Source: Promethearchaeia archaeon (GTDB lineage Archaea; Asgardarchaeota; Lokiarchaeia; Sigyniarchaeales; SOKP01). From it: a stretch of DNA of 64,000 nt. Shown in pieces: positions 19,688 to 29,075 of the stretch. The notes below the pieces were generated by a model. It was not told the origin of the DNA, made no database searches, and was given only the letters and a program-made list of their open reading frames with translations. The stretch's first letter is position 1, and the number at the start of each line of letters is the position of its first letter. Location of the stretch: contig JAHQWG010000033.1 of NCBI GenBank assembly GCA_029856045.1, positions 77,885 through 141,884 of the forward strand. The letters run 5' to 3'. Made by a program: the position numbers and the translations under genes.

Positions 19688-21058
19688 ATGATAGAACTCC
19701 AAAAAGAAGATTTATTCATTTTTATCGATATAACAACTGATTTCTTAAAAAAAAAGACACTTTTTAAAGGACTTAAAGAATTAATTGATAAAAAGAAACA
19801 ATTCAATATTTTAACAATATTTAATTTGCTGTTATTCAAAGAAGATGCCAATCCTTTATTGATAATGGATAAAACCTCTTATGGAGAGATAATTGATATT
19901 TTATCTGAAAACTGGAGTTATAGAAATAAAACAAGCCTATTTGAGAATGGGATGTTTCTAACTTTATCTGAAATTCTAAAGAAAGCAAAAAAAGGTGTTG
20001 CAAATTATCGTATTATTGTAATTACAGATAGTCCAAGTGAAATCCCCGAAGAAATGCAAGCAACCTTATTTGATCTTATAAGCAAGGTAAAGATTCTTCC
20101 AACATTCATAGATATTGTAAGAGTAGGAGATAAAAAATTCTATGCTGATGATGTAAAACTTAAAATAATTACAATGGAAACTACTGGTGGGATGTTTTAT
20201 GCTGATTCTACTAATTATTTTATGAACATTATGAATATTCTTGCAAAAAATAAACAAATTCAAAATGTTATTGTTGGAGAAATTAAGAAACAGATACAAC
20301 CAGAAGATAAAACATTTTATGAAAAACTAGCTAGTGATTTACTTTCTCCAGAATCTGGAGAAGAATTAACTTGCACAATATGTAATATGCCCATTTGTCC
20401 AATATGTTTAGATAAAAATGATACTCCTCACAAATGTTTTAATTGTAATATTTCCTATCATGAATGCTGCGCTGCCCAATATTCCGCACTTAAAAACATT
20501 GGGCTTATTCATATTTTTAGATGCGCTGGTTGTGGTACTCTATTAAAATTAGAGGAAAATATGGTTCTCGAAAAAGCAAAAAATATTGAACAATTAAAAT
20601 TTATTGAAGAAGATATTGAAACTTTAGAGGAAAAAAGAAGGGAAGCAGTCAAAACTCCGATTCCTTCTAGTTCCGAAGAATTTATCTCAATATCTTCCGA
20701 AACAGAAATTTCAGATGAAAATAAAGCTGATTTTATAATTGTAGACAGTGAAGAGTCAAAAACATTTGAAGATTTAGTACCTTCTCCCCCACCTCCACCA
20801 ACTATCAAGAAAAAGATAAGAATTGGAGGTTTTTTTGGACCTGAAATAGAAATAGAAGAAAAACAACAACAACAACCTCAAAAAGAAATAAAACCGCAAA
20901 AATATTGGTCTCCTACTGGATCAACATCTTCCCAAATTTCTTCTATTACTCAATTAAATCCTCCAAAAACAAAACCTCTATTAAGGTTTTGCAAAATTTG
21001 TGGAGGGCCAATAAAAGGAAATGATAAGGCTTGTAGGTCATGCGGAGCTCCTGTTTAG
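19688..21058 (+). CDS. vWA-like domain, RING/PHD-type zinc finger, Pro-rich linker and zinc ribbon
   Basis: IFIDIT...RIIVITD...IDIVRVG...TGGMFY; CPIC...CFNC...H..C...CAGC; C-terminal CKICG...CRSCG. Confidence 0.72.
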   Translation: MIELQKEDLFIFIDITTDFLKKKTLFKGLKELIDKKKQFNILTIFNLLLFKEDANPLLIMDKTSYGEIIDILSENWSYRNKTSLFENGMFLTLSEILKKAKKGVANYRIIVITDSPSEIPEEMQATLFDLISKVKILPTFIDIVRVGDKKFYADDVKLKIITMETTGGMFYADSTNYFMNIMNILAKNKQIQNVIVGEIKKQIQPEDKTFYEKLASDLLSPESGEELTCTICNMPICPICLDKNDTPHKCFNCNISYHECCAAQYSALKNIGLIHIFRCAGCGTLLKLEENMVLEKAKNIEQLKFIEEDIETLEEKRREAVKTPIPSSSEEFISISSETEISDENKADFIIVDSEESKTFEDLVPSPPPPPTIKKKIRIGGFFGPEIEIEEKQQQQPQKEIKPQKYWSPTGSTSSQISSITQLNPPKTKPLLRFCKICGGPIKGNDKACRSCGAPV

Positions 21059-21062
21059 ATTC

Positions 21063-21515
21063 TTAAATATTTTGTCCTAGTATCTCTTGAAATATTGTTT
21101 TTATATCTTTTTGCATAGGAGGGCAACCTTCTATAATATAATCTACCGGAATTACTTCTGATAGATCTTCTGAATCTATTGCTAAATTTTTTAAATTTTG
21201 ACCTTCAAGATTGAATATCTCTTGCCTCTCGGTTCCGCAATCTCCAAAGGATATGATAATATGATTTTTCTTAATACTCTGCCAGATTTCTAATAATTTC
21301 TCTCTATGGATTTTCAATAAACATCCTGTAATTAATAAACAATTGCAATCTTCAGGATTATTTGTTTGTGAAATTTTTTTAAATCCGTTTTCTTTTTTAT
21401 GTAGTAAAAATGAAGTGAGAGCTAAACTACATTTATTACATTCACCAAGATTTAAGATATATATCTTTATTTTACCAGTTATCAATGATTTTTTGGACGT
21501 CAAGTTATTAATCAT
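21063..21515 (-). CDS. NuoB/EchC-like Fe-S small subunit (orphan)
   Basis: CNKC, LLITG, FGDCG, IPVDYIIEGCPP. Confidence 0.85.
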   Translation of the reverse strand: MINNLTSKKSLITGKIKIYILNLGECNKCSLALTSFLLHKKENGFKKISQTNNPEDCNCLLITGCLLKIHREKLLEIWQSIKKNHIIISFGDCGTERQEIFNLEGQNLKNLAIDSEDLSEVIPVDYIIEGCPPMQKDIKTIFQEILGQNI

Positions 21516-21627
21516 CTTACAATATGAGAAGTCTCTGAAAATACATAATTTTTTATATAATATTATTATACCTAATTTTTATTAAATATAACTCAGCTCT
21601 TCTAATTGAAAATATACTTATAAAATT

Positions 21628-21807
21628 CTATATATCTTTATATGTCATATTTTGTTCACAATATTTTGGTACGGGTTGATGACCACAATCTTCTGAACAA
21701 CAACATAATAAATAACCTTCCTTTAATATCTTTGATTGATTGCAACATTTTGGAACCTTTATTTCCGAACCACAAATCTCACAAACTAATTTTGGTATAT
21801 TTATCAT
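21628..21807 (-). CDS. Small Cys-rich metal-binding protein (59 aa, not in ORF track)
   Basis: MINIPKLVCEICGSEIKVPKCCNQSKILKEGYLLCCCSEDCGHQPVPKYCEQNMTYKDI; GAG RBS-like sequence upstream. Confidence 0.75.
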   Translation of the reverse strand: MINIPKLVCEICGSEIKVPKCCNQSKILKEGYLLCCCSEDCGHQPVPKYCEQNMTYKDI

Positions 21808-22003
21808 CTCTTTTTAGAGTATAATATATAATTATTAGTTCTTTATTTTATATTCTCTAACAAGGTCGGTGAAATTATAATAGGACAATTTAGTCGTTTG
21901 GAGACTCTCATCCGTATGTTTTTAATCGATAAATTATGGGGAAAAAAAATAAGCAATAATTAATTATATTTTAAAACTTATTTTTAAAACATCGAATATT
22001 ATT

Positions 22004-22930
22004 TTGATCATGGGACTATTTACTATCAAAAATATAATAAGTTTAGTTTCCATGGGTCCATCATTTTTACAGTCAATAGTAAGAAAAGTTCCATTATATG
22101 TGAATTATGATATAACTTGGCAATGTAACTTAAAATGTAAACATTGTTATTTTTTCTCATCTACAACGGAATTAAAAAATAAAAGAAGGGAATTATCGGA
22201 CGAAGAATGGATTAAGGTTTTTAAATACCATAGAAATTTAGGAACAAAAATAGCTGTTTTAACTGGTGGAGAACCTACTTTGAGAATGGATGTTATAAAA
22301 GAAGCGATTAAAATTTTTCCCACAGTTCAAGTTGTATCAAATGGAGTTATAAAATTACCTCGATTTAATGGATATAAGCAACCGAAATACTGGGTAAGTA
22401 TAGATGGTACCAAGGAAACTCATAATAATATAAGAGGTGCAAGGGTTTTTGATAAAGTCATACAAAACATTCGGGAGAGCAATCCGGTCGTTACATCAAC
22501 CATCATGACATTAAATTATAAGGAAATTGAAGATATTGTTAAGATTGCTCACGATAATGGTGCTTCTGGATTAATCTTTCTATTATATACCGGCTATCCT
22601 GACGACCCACTTTTATTAAAAGGTAATATATTAAAAAAGACAATAAAAGACATTTTAAAAGTAATGCGTGAATACGGAAATTTTATTTTTTATTCCAAAA
22701 AAATGTTAGAAGTATACCTGTCAAAAGAATTTGTGCCACATTGCATATTTAAAACTGGTCAAATTAAAAGTTTCTATCCTGATGGAACACAAAAGTTTTG
22801 TGTCATGGGAAATTCCCCACTTTTATGTGAAAATTGTGGATGTGTCGTGCCAATTGCTGCTTATGCCTTATTTAAGAAATTTGATTCAGGTACAGTTGAT
22901 AAAGCGAGAAAATTGTTTAATTTCAAGTAA
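22004..22930 (+). CDS. Radical SAM protein
   Basis: CNLKCKHC, TGGEP, VSIDG...H..IRG; C-terminal Cys cluster. Confidence 0.92.
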   Translation: MIMGLFTIKNIISLVSMGPSFLQSIVRKVPLYVNYDITWQCNLKCKHCYFFSSTTELKNKRRELSDEEWIKVFKYHRNLGTKIAVLTGGEPTLRMDVIKEAIKIFPTVQVVSNGVIKLPRFNGYKQPKYWVSIDGTKETHNNIRGARVFDKVIQNIRESNPVVTSTIMTLNYKEIEDIVKIAHDNGASGLIFLLYTGYPDDPLLLKGNILKKTIKDILKVMREYGNFIFYSKKMLEVYLSKEFVPHCIFKTGQIKSFYPDGTQKFCVMGNSPLLCENCGCVVPIAAYALFKKFDSGTVDKARKLFNFK

Positions 22931-23039
22931 TTTTTGCTATTGAGCAAAATCATTTTTTATTTATGAGAATCAAACTTCAAACTTGAATGATTAAACTATA
23001 TTTATTTATATACTATTAGTAAAAATGGAATTGTATTTT

Positions 23040-24428
23040 CTATCTTCTTTTTTCACGGTATCTATATAAAAATAATACCATAATAACAAGTAAAACTCCA
23101 AACCCCACTTCTGTTATCCCTACTACGGGTTCTTCTTGGAAAAATAAAGCTAATATAACTAATCCAATTTCAAACACTGCCAGATAATTTAAAAGAGCTA
23201 GGAATTTATTTTCTAATTCACTTGCTATAGTATTTAGTTTTTCTCTTTCTTTTCCAAGCGTTTCACGTATTCTCTTAATTATATCATCTGTTTGTCTTGA
23301 AAATGTATCACCATCAAGTTTATAGATCATCTCTAAAAACATGCTAGTTTTAAAAGTACTCGTAAATAATAAGCGTGTGATTTTAAAAATTATTATATCT
23401 TTGTTTAATTCCAGAATAGTTTGATTCAATCCTGACTCTAAATCTTCTAATTTTGCGATTTTTGCTTTTAATGAGAGTTTTTTCTTAGTAGCTTCAGTCT
23501 CAAATACTTTTTTATCAAATTCTTCAGCAATTGTGAGTATATTATGCATATGCATAAGTATTAAATATCTTTGCACGTTTCCTACTTCTGGAGCAAATAA
23601 TGTATCAATTAAAAAATTCTTCATTGCCTTAGGGTCCAAAAGTCCGGGTCCTGGAATAATTACGTTTCCCGCATGAGTGATCATAACAAATTCATCTGTA
23701 TATGGAGAGAGATTTTTCAGATTAATTTGATCTCTATAAGCAATTGGATCTAATTCTCGCCATTTATCAGTACGTAATGTAAGGCCTATAGAATATCTTG
23801 CATTTTTTCCAATATCTGTTCCAATAAATTTATAATCAGCTCTATTAAAATCTGGTTTAGCATCCCAAATAATCCATGTATGATGCCAAGGCTCAAGAGC
23901 AGAAGCTTTACTTTCTTTTTCTGCAAATTTCCCTGAACTGCTTAATAACTCATTGATCTCCCTTCTAATCTCCTGAAATTTTTCAGTTATCGGACGATCA
24001 GTACTCTCAAGAATAATATTAGATGGTTGTGAAATTTCAATAAATTCTTCAATTTTATGGTAGTTGTCAAAGAGGAGCTCGCAATGTATTACCAGAACTG
24101 AACCATAATGAATATGTCCTTCTAACCTGAGTTGCCCGGTAATGTTTGGTACAGTTTTACATGAAAATTTATCCATACCTATCTTATAGCAAACTGGAGC
24201 ATAAAGATGAGATTGACTGGAAATCCATTTTAAAGGCTGGTGTATTATTTTTCCATCTTTCTCAATCTCAAAATGATAACTATCATATATTTTGAATGAA
24301 CCTTCTTGTTGTAAATATTCTCTTACTTCTGGAAGTGTAAAATAACTATTTATCTCATAAAATTTCCAGAATACAAGAGTTACCTTAAAAGAATATTCTT
24401 TTTCCTTTTTTATTTCTAAATTTTCCAA
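23040..24428 (-). CDS. Hypothetical protein with CorA-like topology (soluble domain, long helices, two C-terminal TMs)
   Basis: Two hydrophobic segments at the C-terminus preceded by coiled coil; no GMN motif. Confidence 0.55.
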   Translation of the reverse strand: MENLEIKKEKEYSFKVTLVFWKFYEINSYFTLPEVREYLQQEGSFKIYDSYHFEIEKDGKIIHQPLKWISSQSHLYAPVCYKIGMDKFSCKTVPNITGQLRLEGHIHYGSVLVIHCELLFDNYHKIEEFIEISQPSNIILESTDRPITEKFQEIRREINELLSSSGKFAEKESKASALEPWHHTWIIWDAKPDFNRADYKFIGTDIGKNARYSIGLTLRTDKWRELDPIAYRDQINLKNLSPYTDEFVMITHAGNVIIPGPGLLDPKAMKNFLIDTLFAPEVGNVQRYLILMHMHNILTIAEEFDKKVFETEATKKKLSLKAKIAKLEDLESGLNQTILELNKDIIIFKITRLLFTSTFKTSMFLEMIYKLDGDTFSRQTDDIIKRIRETLGKEREKLNTIASELENKFLALLNYLAVFEIGLVILALFFQEEPVVGITEVGFGVLLVIMVLFLYRYREKRR

Positions 24429-24443
24429 AATTCAACACCCTTT

Positions 24444-24878
24444 TTATAGTTCACATTTAACAAATGGGCCTCTATCATCGTTTCCAAAACGTTTAAATCC
24501 AAATTTTGCATGTAACGCTGCTGACATTTCATTTTTCCAAATATAATGTGATTTCATAACACGATATTTATCTTTAATTACTTGTTTTTTAAATGCGTCT
24601 GTTAACATCGATCCTAATCCTTTCTTTCGAAGATTTTCTAGAACCGCAACTTGATATAACCAAAATTCTCCCTCTATATCAATATTTGGAAAACCGACTA
24701 TGAATCCAACAAGTTTTTTATCATCATTTTCCAATACAAAAAAATATCTTTGAAAACATCGAGCTAAATATTCATAAGTCCCTGTAACCGAATTTCGCAC
24801 CCATGGAGCACATTTTTCTGCAACTTCAGTAACTTTTGGTGCATCCTCTATTTTAGCATTTCTCAGTTTGACGCCCAT
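24444..24878 (-). CDS. GNAT family N-acetyltransferase
   Basis: YQVAV...RKKGLG...N..SAALHAKFGF. Confidence 0.9.
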   Translation of the reverse strand: MGVKLRNAKIEDAPKVTEVAEKCAPWVRNSVTGTYEYLARCFQRYFFVLENDDKKLVGFIVGFPNIDIEGEFWLYQVAVLENLRKKGLGSMLTDAFKKQVIKDKYRVMKSHYIWKNEMSAALHAKFGFKRFGNDDRGPFVKCEL

Positions 24879-25127
24879 TAAAAATACATTTTTTGTAATT
24901 TATATAAATAATATATAAAGCATATTTTTTAGAATATAAAAACGTTAATAATTACTTTTAAAAGGAATTTCATTATTTTTTCCACAAACTCATTATCATA
25001 TAAGTGTTAATCTCGATAATTCCGTCAATTAAATCAATTTTATTAGCAAAAATCTTATGTAATTCCTCAGTAGGTTCAGTTTAATGAAAAAACCTTTTGG
25101 ACTTGTTTTGCATTGTGTTTATTCATG

Positions 25128-27482
25128 TTATTTAATATTTTTAAGATCTTTAGATATGGGACCTAAATTTTTAAGGGTTTCCGAAAATTCTTTAATCGTA
25201 TCAGCAAATTTTTGACCTTCTCCAGCAGAAATACTTATTATCTTAACCCTATTATTATTTATTTTTAATTCTTCAAGCATTGAAATTATACTCTCATATC
25301 TATTTTCTGCTTTAATGAATCCAGTTGTATAATGGCAATCTTGTGGGTGACAACCTGCTATTAAAACTCCATCTGCACCATTGAATAAAGCTTCAAAAAC
25401 TAAAGCAGGGTCAATCATAGCCGTACACATCACATGAATTGGCCTAGTATTAGTTGGATATTGAATCTTGCTGGTTCCTGCTAAATCTGCACCAATATAA
25501 GAACACCAATTACAAAGAAATGTCACAATTAAAGGCGACTCTTTTTTTTTATCTGTTATCACTTTTAATTGTGTTATGATTTCTTCTTTAGTAAATCCTG
25601 GAACTGTTAATGCATTTTTATGACACATAGCCGCACATGCACCACACCCCACACAATTTGCCTCTATAATATGCAACTGTTCATTCTCTATTTCAATCGC
25701 ATTAAATACACAGACATTTTCACATAAGCGACATAAATCGCATAAATCACGGTTATATTGCACAACTAATGGATCTAATTCTATTTCTCCCTTAGTTAAA
25801 AGAGCAATTGTCTTAGAAGCAGTAGATTCCGCTTGACTAATGCTATTCGGAATATCCTTGGGAAACTGAATTGCTCCTGCAATATAAATCCCTTTAACTG
25901 ATGAATCTGAAGGTCTAACTTTGAGATGACTTTCTAATAAAAATCCGTAAGTATCTGTTGAAATATTTAAGATTTGTGCCAATTCCTCCGTTCCTTCAGC
26001 TGGTTCGATTCCAACGGCTAAAACCACTAACTCCGTAGGATTTTCAAATAAATGATCATCTAAAATATTCTCTCCTCTTAATAATAATTCATTGCTGGTA
26101 TCACTTTTAATAATAGTTGAAATATTACTTTTGATAAACCTAATTTGAAATTCTTCTCTTGCCCTATTATAAAACTCTTCGCAGAACTTTCCTATGGCTC
26201 TAATATCTGTATAATATATCATTATATCTAAATTTTTTATTTGTTTTTTAGCCAAAATTGCTTGTTTTACAGAATAATTGCAACAAACTTGACTACAATA
26301 CTCATGATTTATTTTTTTATTTCTTGAGCCGACACACAATATAAAAGAAATACTTTTTGGAATGCTACCATCAGAAGGTTTTAAAATCACTCCCTTAGTT
26401 GGTCCATCTGTATTAAGTAATCTTTCCATCTCCAACCCTGTTATTATATTAGGATATTTTGTATAATTATATTCTCCCAAAATTGTTGGATCGAATGTTT
26501 TATATCCCGTTGCTACAATAATTGCACCAACTTTAAATCTTTTTATTTCTTTGGTTTGAGAAAAATTAATTGCTTCCCGTTCTCCACATGCTATTTCGCA
26601 TGCTTTACATCCTATGCAATATTCTTCCAATATATTTGGAATTAATGGTATTGCCTGTGGATATGAAACATCTATTGCCTTTCTGGGGAAAAAAGTATCT
26701 TCAACATCAATTGGGCAAACTTCTCTACATATCTCAAAACACCCAACGCATTTATCTTCAAAAATAAATCGAGGTTTTTTTTCAATAGTTATTTCAAAGT
26801 TTCCAATATAACCTGATACTTCTTTTACTTCTGAATAAGTTAATAATTCTATATTTGGATGATCTTTTACCTCTACCATTATTGGTCCTAAAATACATAT
26901 GCTACAATCTAGAGTTGGGAAGGTTTTATCAAATAAAGCCATTTTTCCTCCAATCGTAGGTTCCCTTTCAACAAGATACACTTTATATCCCGCATCAGCA
27001 ATTTGTAAAGACGCTTTAATTCCAGCAATACCTCCCCCAATAATCAATACCGAAGGTGTAATTTTTGCTTTTCTTCGTTTCAATGGCTTTAATAATTTTA
27101 CTCGTTCAATAGCCATATCAATTTGATCTATTGCTTTTTCAGTTGCTCGCATTGGTTCATTTGCATGAACCCATGAATTTTGTTCACGAATATTTGCAAA
27201 GGCTATTAAATATCTATTAATTCCTGTTTTTTCAATTGAATTGCGAAATAACTCTCCGTGTAATTTGAAAGAACAAGCAGCAATTACTACTCTATCTATT
27301 TTATTTTCCTTTATTTCATCCGCAATCAAATTTAATCCCAATTCAGCGCATAAATATTTATCTTCAAAAACATAGATCTCTGGGTATGTTTTAAAATGCT
27401 CCATTATAGCCTTAATATCTAATACGCCAGCGATATTCGTTCCACAATCACAAAGAAATAATCCGATTTTCAAATTTTTCAC
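25128..27482 (-). CDS. hdrA: Heterodisulfide reductase subunit A fused to an MvhD-like domain
   Basis: CDCGTNI, NIREQ.SWVH, GGGIAG, KTFPTLDCSIC, CVGSR, YCSQVCC; C-terminal CNWCSY...GCHPQDCHY. Confidence 0.95.
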   Translation of the reverse strand: MKNLKIGLFLCDCGTNIAGVLDIKAIMEHFKTYPEIYVFEDKYLCAELGLNLIADEIKENKIDRVVIAACSFKLHGELFRNSIEKTGINRYLIAFANIREQNSWVHANEPMRATEKAIDQIDMAIERVKLLKPLKRRKAKITPSVLIIGGGIAGIKASLQIADAGYKVYLVEREPTIGGKMALFDKTFPTLDCSICILGPIMVEVKDHPNIELLTYSEVKEVSGYIGNFEITIEKKPRFIFEDKCVGCFEICREVCPIDVEDTFFPRKAIDVSYPQAIPLIPNILEEYCIGCKACEIACGEREAINFSQTKEIKRFKVGAIIVATGYKTFDPTILGEYNYTKYPNIITGLEMERLLNTDGPTKGVILKPSDGSIPKSISFILCVGSRNKKINHEYCSQVCCNYSVKQAILAKKQIKNLDIMIYYTDIRAIGKFCEEFYNRAREEFQIRFIKSNISTIIKSDTSNELLLRGENILDDHLFENPTELVVLAVGIEPAEGTEELAQILNISTDTYGFLLESHLKVRPSDSSVKGIYIAGAIQFPKDIPNSISQAESTASKTIALLTKGEIELDPLVVQYNRDLCDLCRLCENVCVFNAIEIENEQLHIIEANCVGCGACAAMCHKNALTVPGFTKEEIITQLKVITDKKKESPLIVTFLCNWCSYIGADLAGTSKIQYPTNTRPIHVMCTAMIDPALVFEALFNGADGVLIAGCHPQDCHYTTGFIKAENRYESIISMLEELKINNNRVKIISISAGEGQKFADTIKEFSETLKNLGPISKDLKNIK

Positions 27483-27643
27483 CTTCTAAGTATAAACAAT
27501 ATTTTGAATAATAAAACATTTAATTTATTTTCTATAATAGCTAAATATTATTAACTTAATTTTAAAAATAATTAATAAAATTTTTAGATAATATACTTAG
27601 TTAAAATTTATATATCTTCAATTAACTTTAAGGATTTGATTCT

Positions 27644-28390
27644 ATTCTAGAAAAAATATTTAATGATCCGAATCTAAGTCAAGAAGAACTTACGTGGCTT
27701 AAAAGATATATAATTATTTTTGGAATTCTTTTTATAACCCATTTCTGCTTAGTTGTATTTATTTTTTCAATTTACGATTGGTTAGTTCTTCTGGGTTTGA
27801 CATATTTCTGCTTATTACCAGCTTTTCTCAGTAATGCGTGTATGACATTTGCTGGAAAATTTCCAGTAAAACTTTATCCTATTGATGGAGGTCGAATGTG
27901 GAAAAATACTAACGAGAGAATTCTTGGTGATGGAAAAACTTGGAATGGGATTATTATTGGAATATTTTTTAGTTTCTTAATCTGTTTGATTACCTCTTTT
28001 ATATACTTTTCTCTTGCTGACATAACAATATATCGATTTGAACTTAGCCCAACTGTCTTAAAGCTTTTTAGTCAAGAGGATATCCTCTTTTTTGTAGAAA
28101 TTAGATATAAATTTAATAATTTTCTCTTAAGAATCCTTCTTATGAGTATAGGGGCACCAATTGGAGATTTAATTGGAAGTTTTATAAAAAGACGGATGGG
28201 AAAAGAAAGAGGTGGACAAATTTTTTTGATAGATCAATTAGATTTTATTGCTTTCTCAGTTATTATGGTGCATCCGATTTTTCCCATACCATGGTATTTT
28301 ATAATTTTTATCTTCATCTCGACACCCTTAGTTGCGATATTTTCAAATGTTGTTGCATATTACCTCGATTTAAAGAAAGTTCCATGGTAA
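27644..28390 (+). CDS. carS: CDP-archaeol synthase (start uncertain: ATT 27644 or TTG 27797)
   Basis: LPAFLSNA, PIDGG, LGDGKTW.G, GDLIGSFIKRR, DQLDF, KKVPW; frame stays open upstream to the stop at 27629-31. Confidence 0.9.
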   Translation: MLEKIFNDPNLSQEELTWLKRYIIIFGILFITHFCLVVFIFSIYDWLVLLGLTYFCLLPAFLSNACMTFAGKFPVKLYPIDGGRMWKNTNERILGDGKTWNGIIIGIFFSFLICLITSFIYFSLADITIYRFELSPTVLKLFSQEDILFFVEIRYKFNNFLLRILLMSIGAPIGDLIGSFIKRRMGKERGGQIFLIDQLDFIAFSVIMVHPIFPIPWYFIIFIFISTPLVAIFSNVVAYYLDLKKVPW

Positions 28391-28403
28391 ATAATATTCA
28401 ATT

Positions 28404-28985
28404 CTAGCCTTTATTGATATCTCTTAAAAATGGATAAACTTCTTTTATTTTAAAATTATGAGCTTTCATTACTAAAAAGAAGTCCTTTTCTAACTGGAAC
28501 TCTTTCTTTAAAATATCCAAAATCCTTTCTTGAGAATAAGATTCACCACTAGTGATATTAATACCTTTACATTTTTTTAAATTCTCATCCCAATTCTTCT
28601 TTATGGTAAGAATTATCCGCCAAACTGGATATGAACTACATTGAAAGGGCCGAACTGAATAAATTTTACACATATTGTTTTCTCCAAGAAAACAACACTC
28701 TTCATTATCTCCTACTAATTTAAATACAATAGTATCATAATAATAGCTCTTTTTTACATCCGTATTATTATCTTTGTAAGCACGCTTTTGCGAAATAATC
28801 TCTAAATGCTTTTTTGCGAATTCATATTTTTTCGCTTCAGTAGTGCATTTAAAATGTTCAAATAGTTTCTCTAAATCTGGCTTATAAATAAAAATATAAC
28901 CTTTTTTTTTACCCTTGCAACAATTTCCACATATTTGGCATGCAAATTTAAAATCTTTTGCCGGTCCGATGAGTTTGAACTGCAT
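28404..28985 (-). CDS. YkgJ family Cys-cluster protein
   Basis: FACQICGNCC, CCFL...CKIYSVRPFQCSSYP. Confidence 0.88.
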   Translation of the reverse strand: MQFKLIGPAKDFKFACQICGNCCKGKKKGYIFIYKPDLEKLFEHFKCTTEAKKYEFAKKHLEIISQKRAYKDNNTDVKKSYYYDTIVFKLVGDNEECCFLGENNMCKIYSVRPFQCSSYPVWRIILTIKKNWDENLKKCKGINITSGESYSQERILDILKKEFQLEKDFFLVMKAHNFKIKEVYPFLRDINKG

Positions 28986-29075
28986 AGTAATTATGTATTA
29001 ATAAAATAAAAGATAATAAAAATCTTAATAAAAAGTAATAATTAATATGAAAACTAAAAGTTAAAGGAATTTTTA

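Noticed and set aside
21642-21824. Plus-strand 60-aa ORF in the track
   Set aside because: It is the shadow of the more convincing Cys-rich minus-strand ORF.
25040-27482. Selenocysteine recoding or SECIS for hdrA-mvhD
   Set aside because: The ORF has no in-frame TGA; the usual Sec positions are Cys (TLDCSIC, CNWC, GCHPQDC); no convincing SECIS stem downstream.
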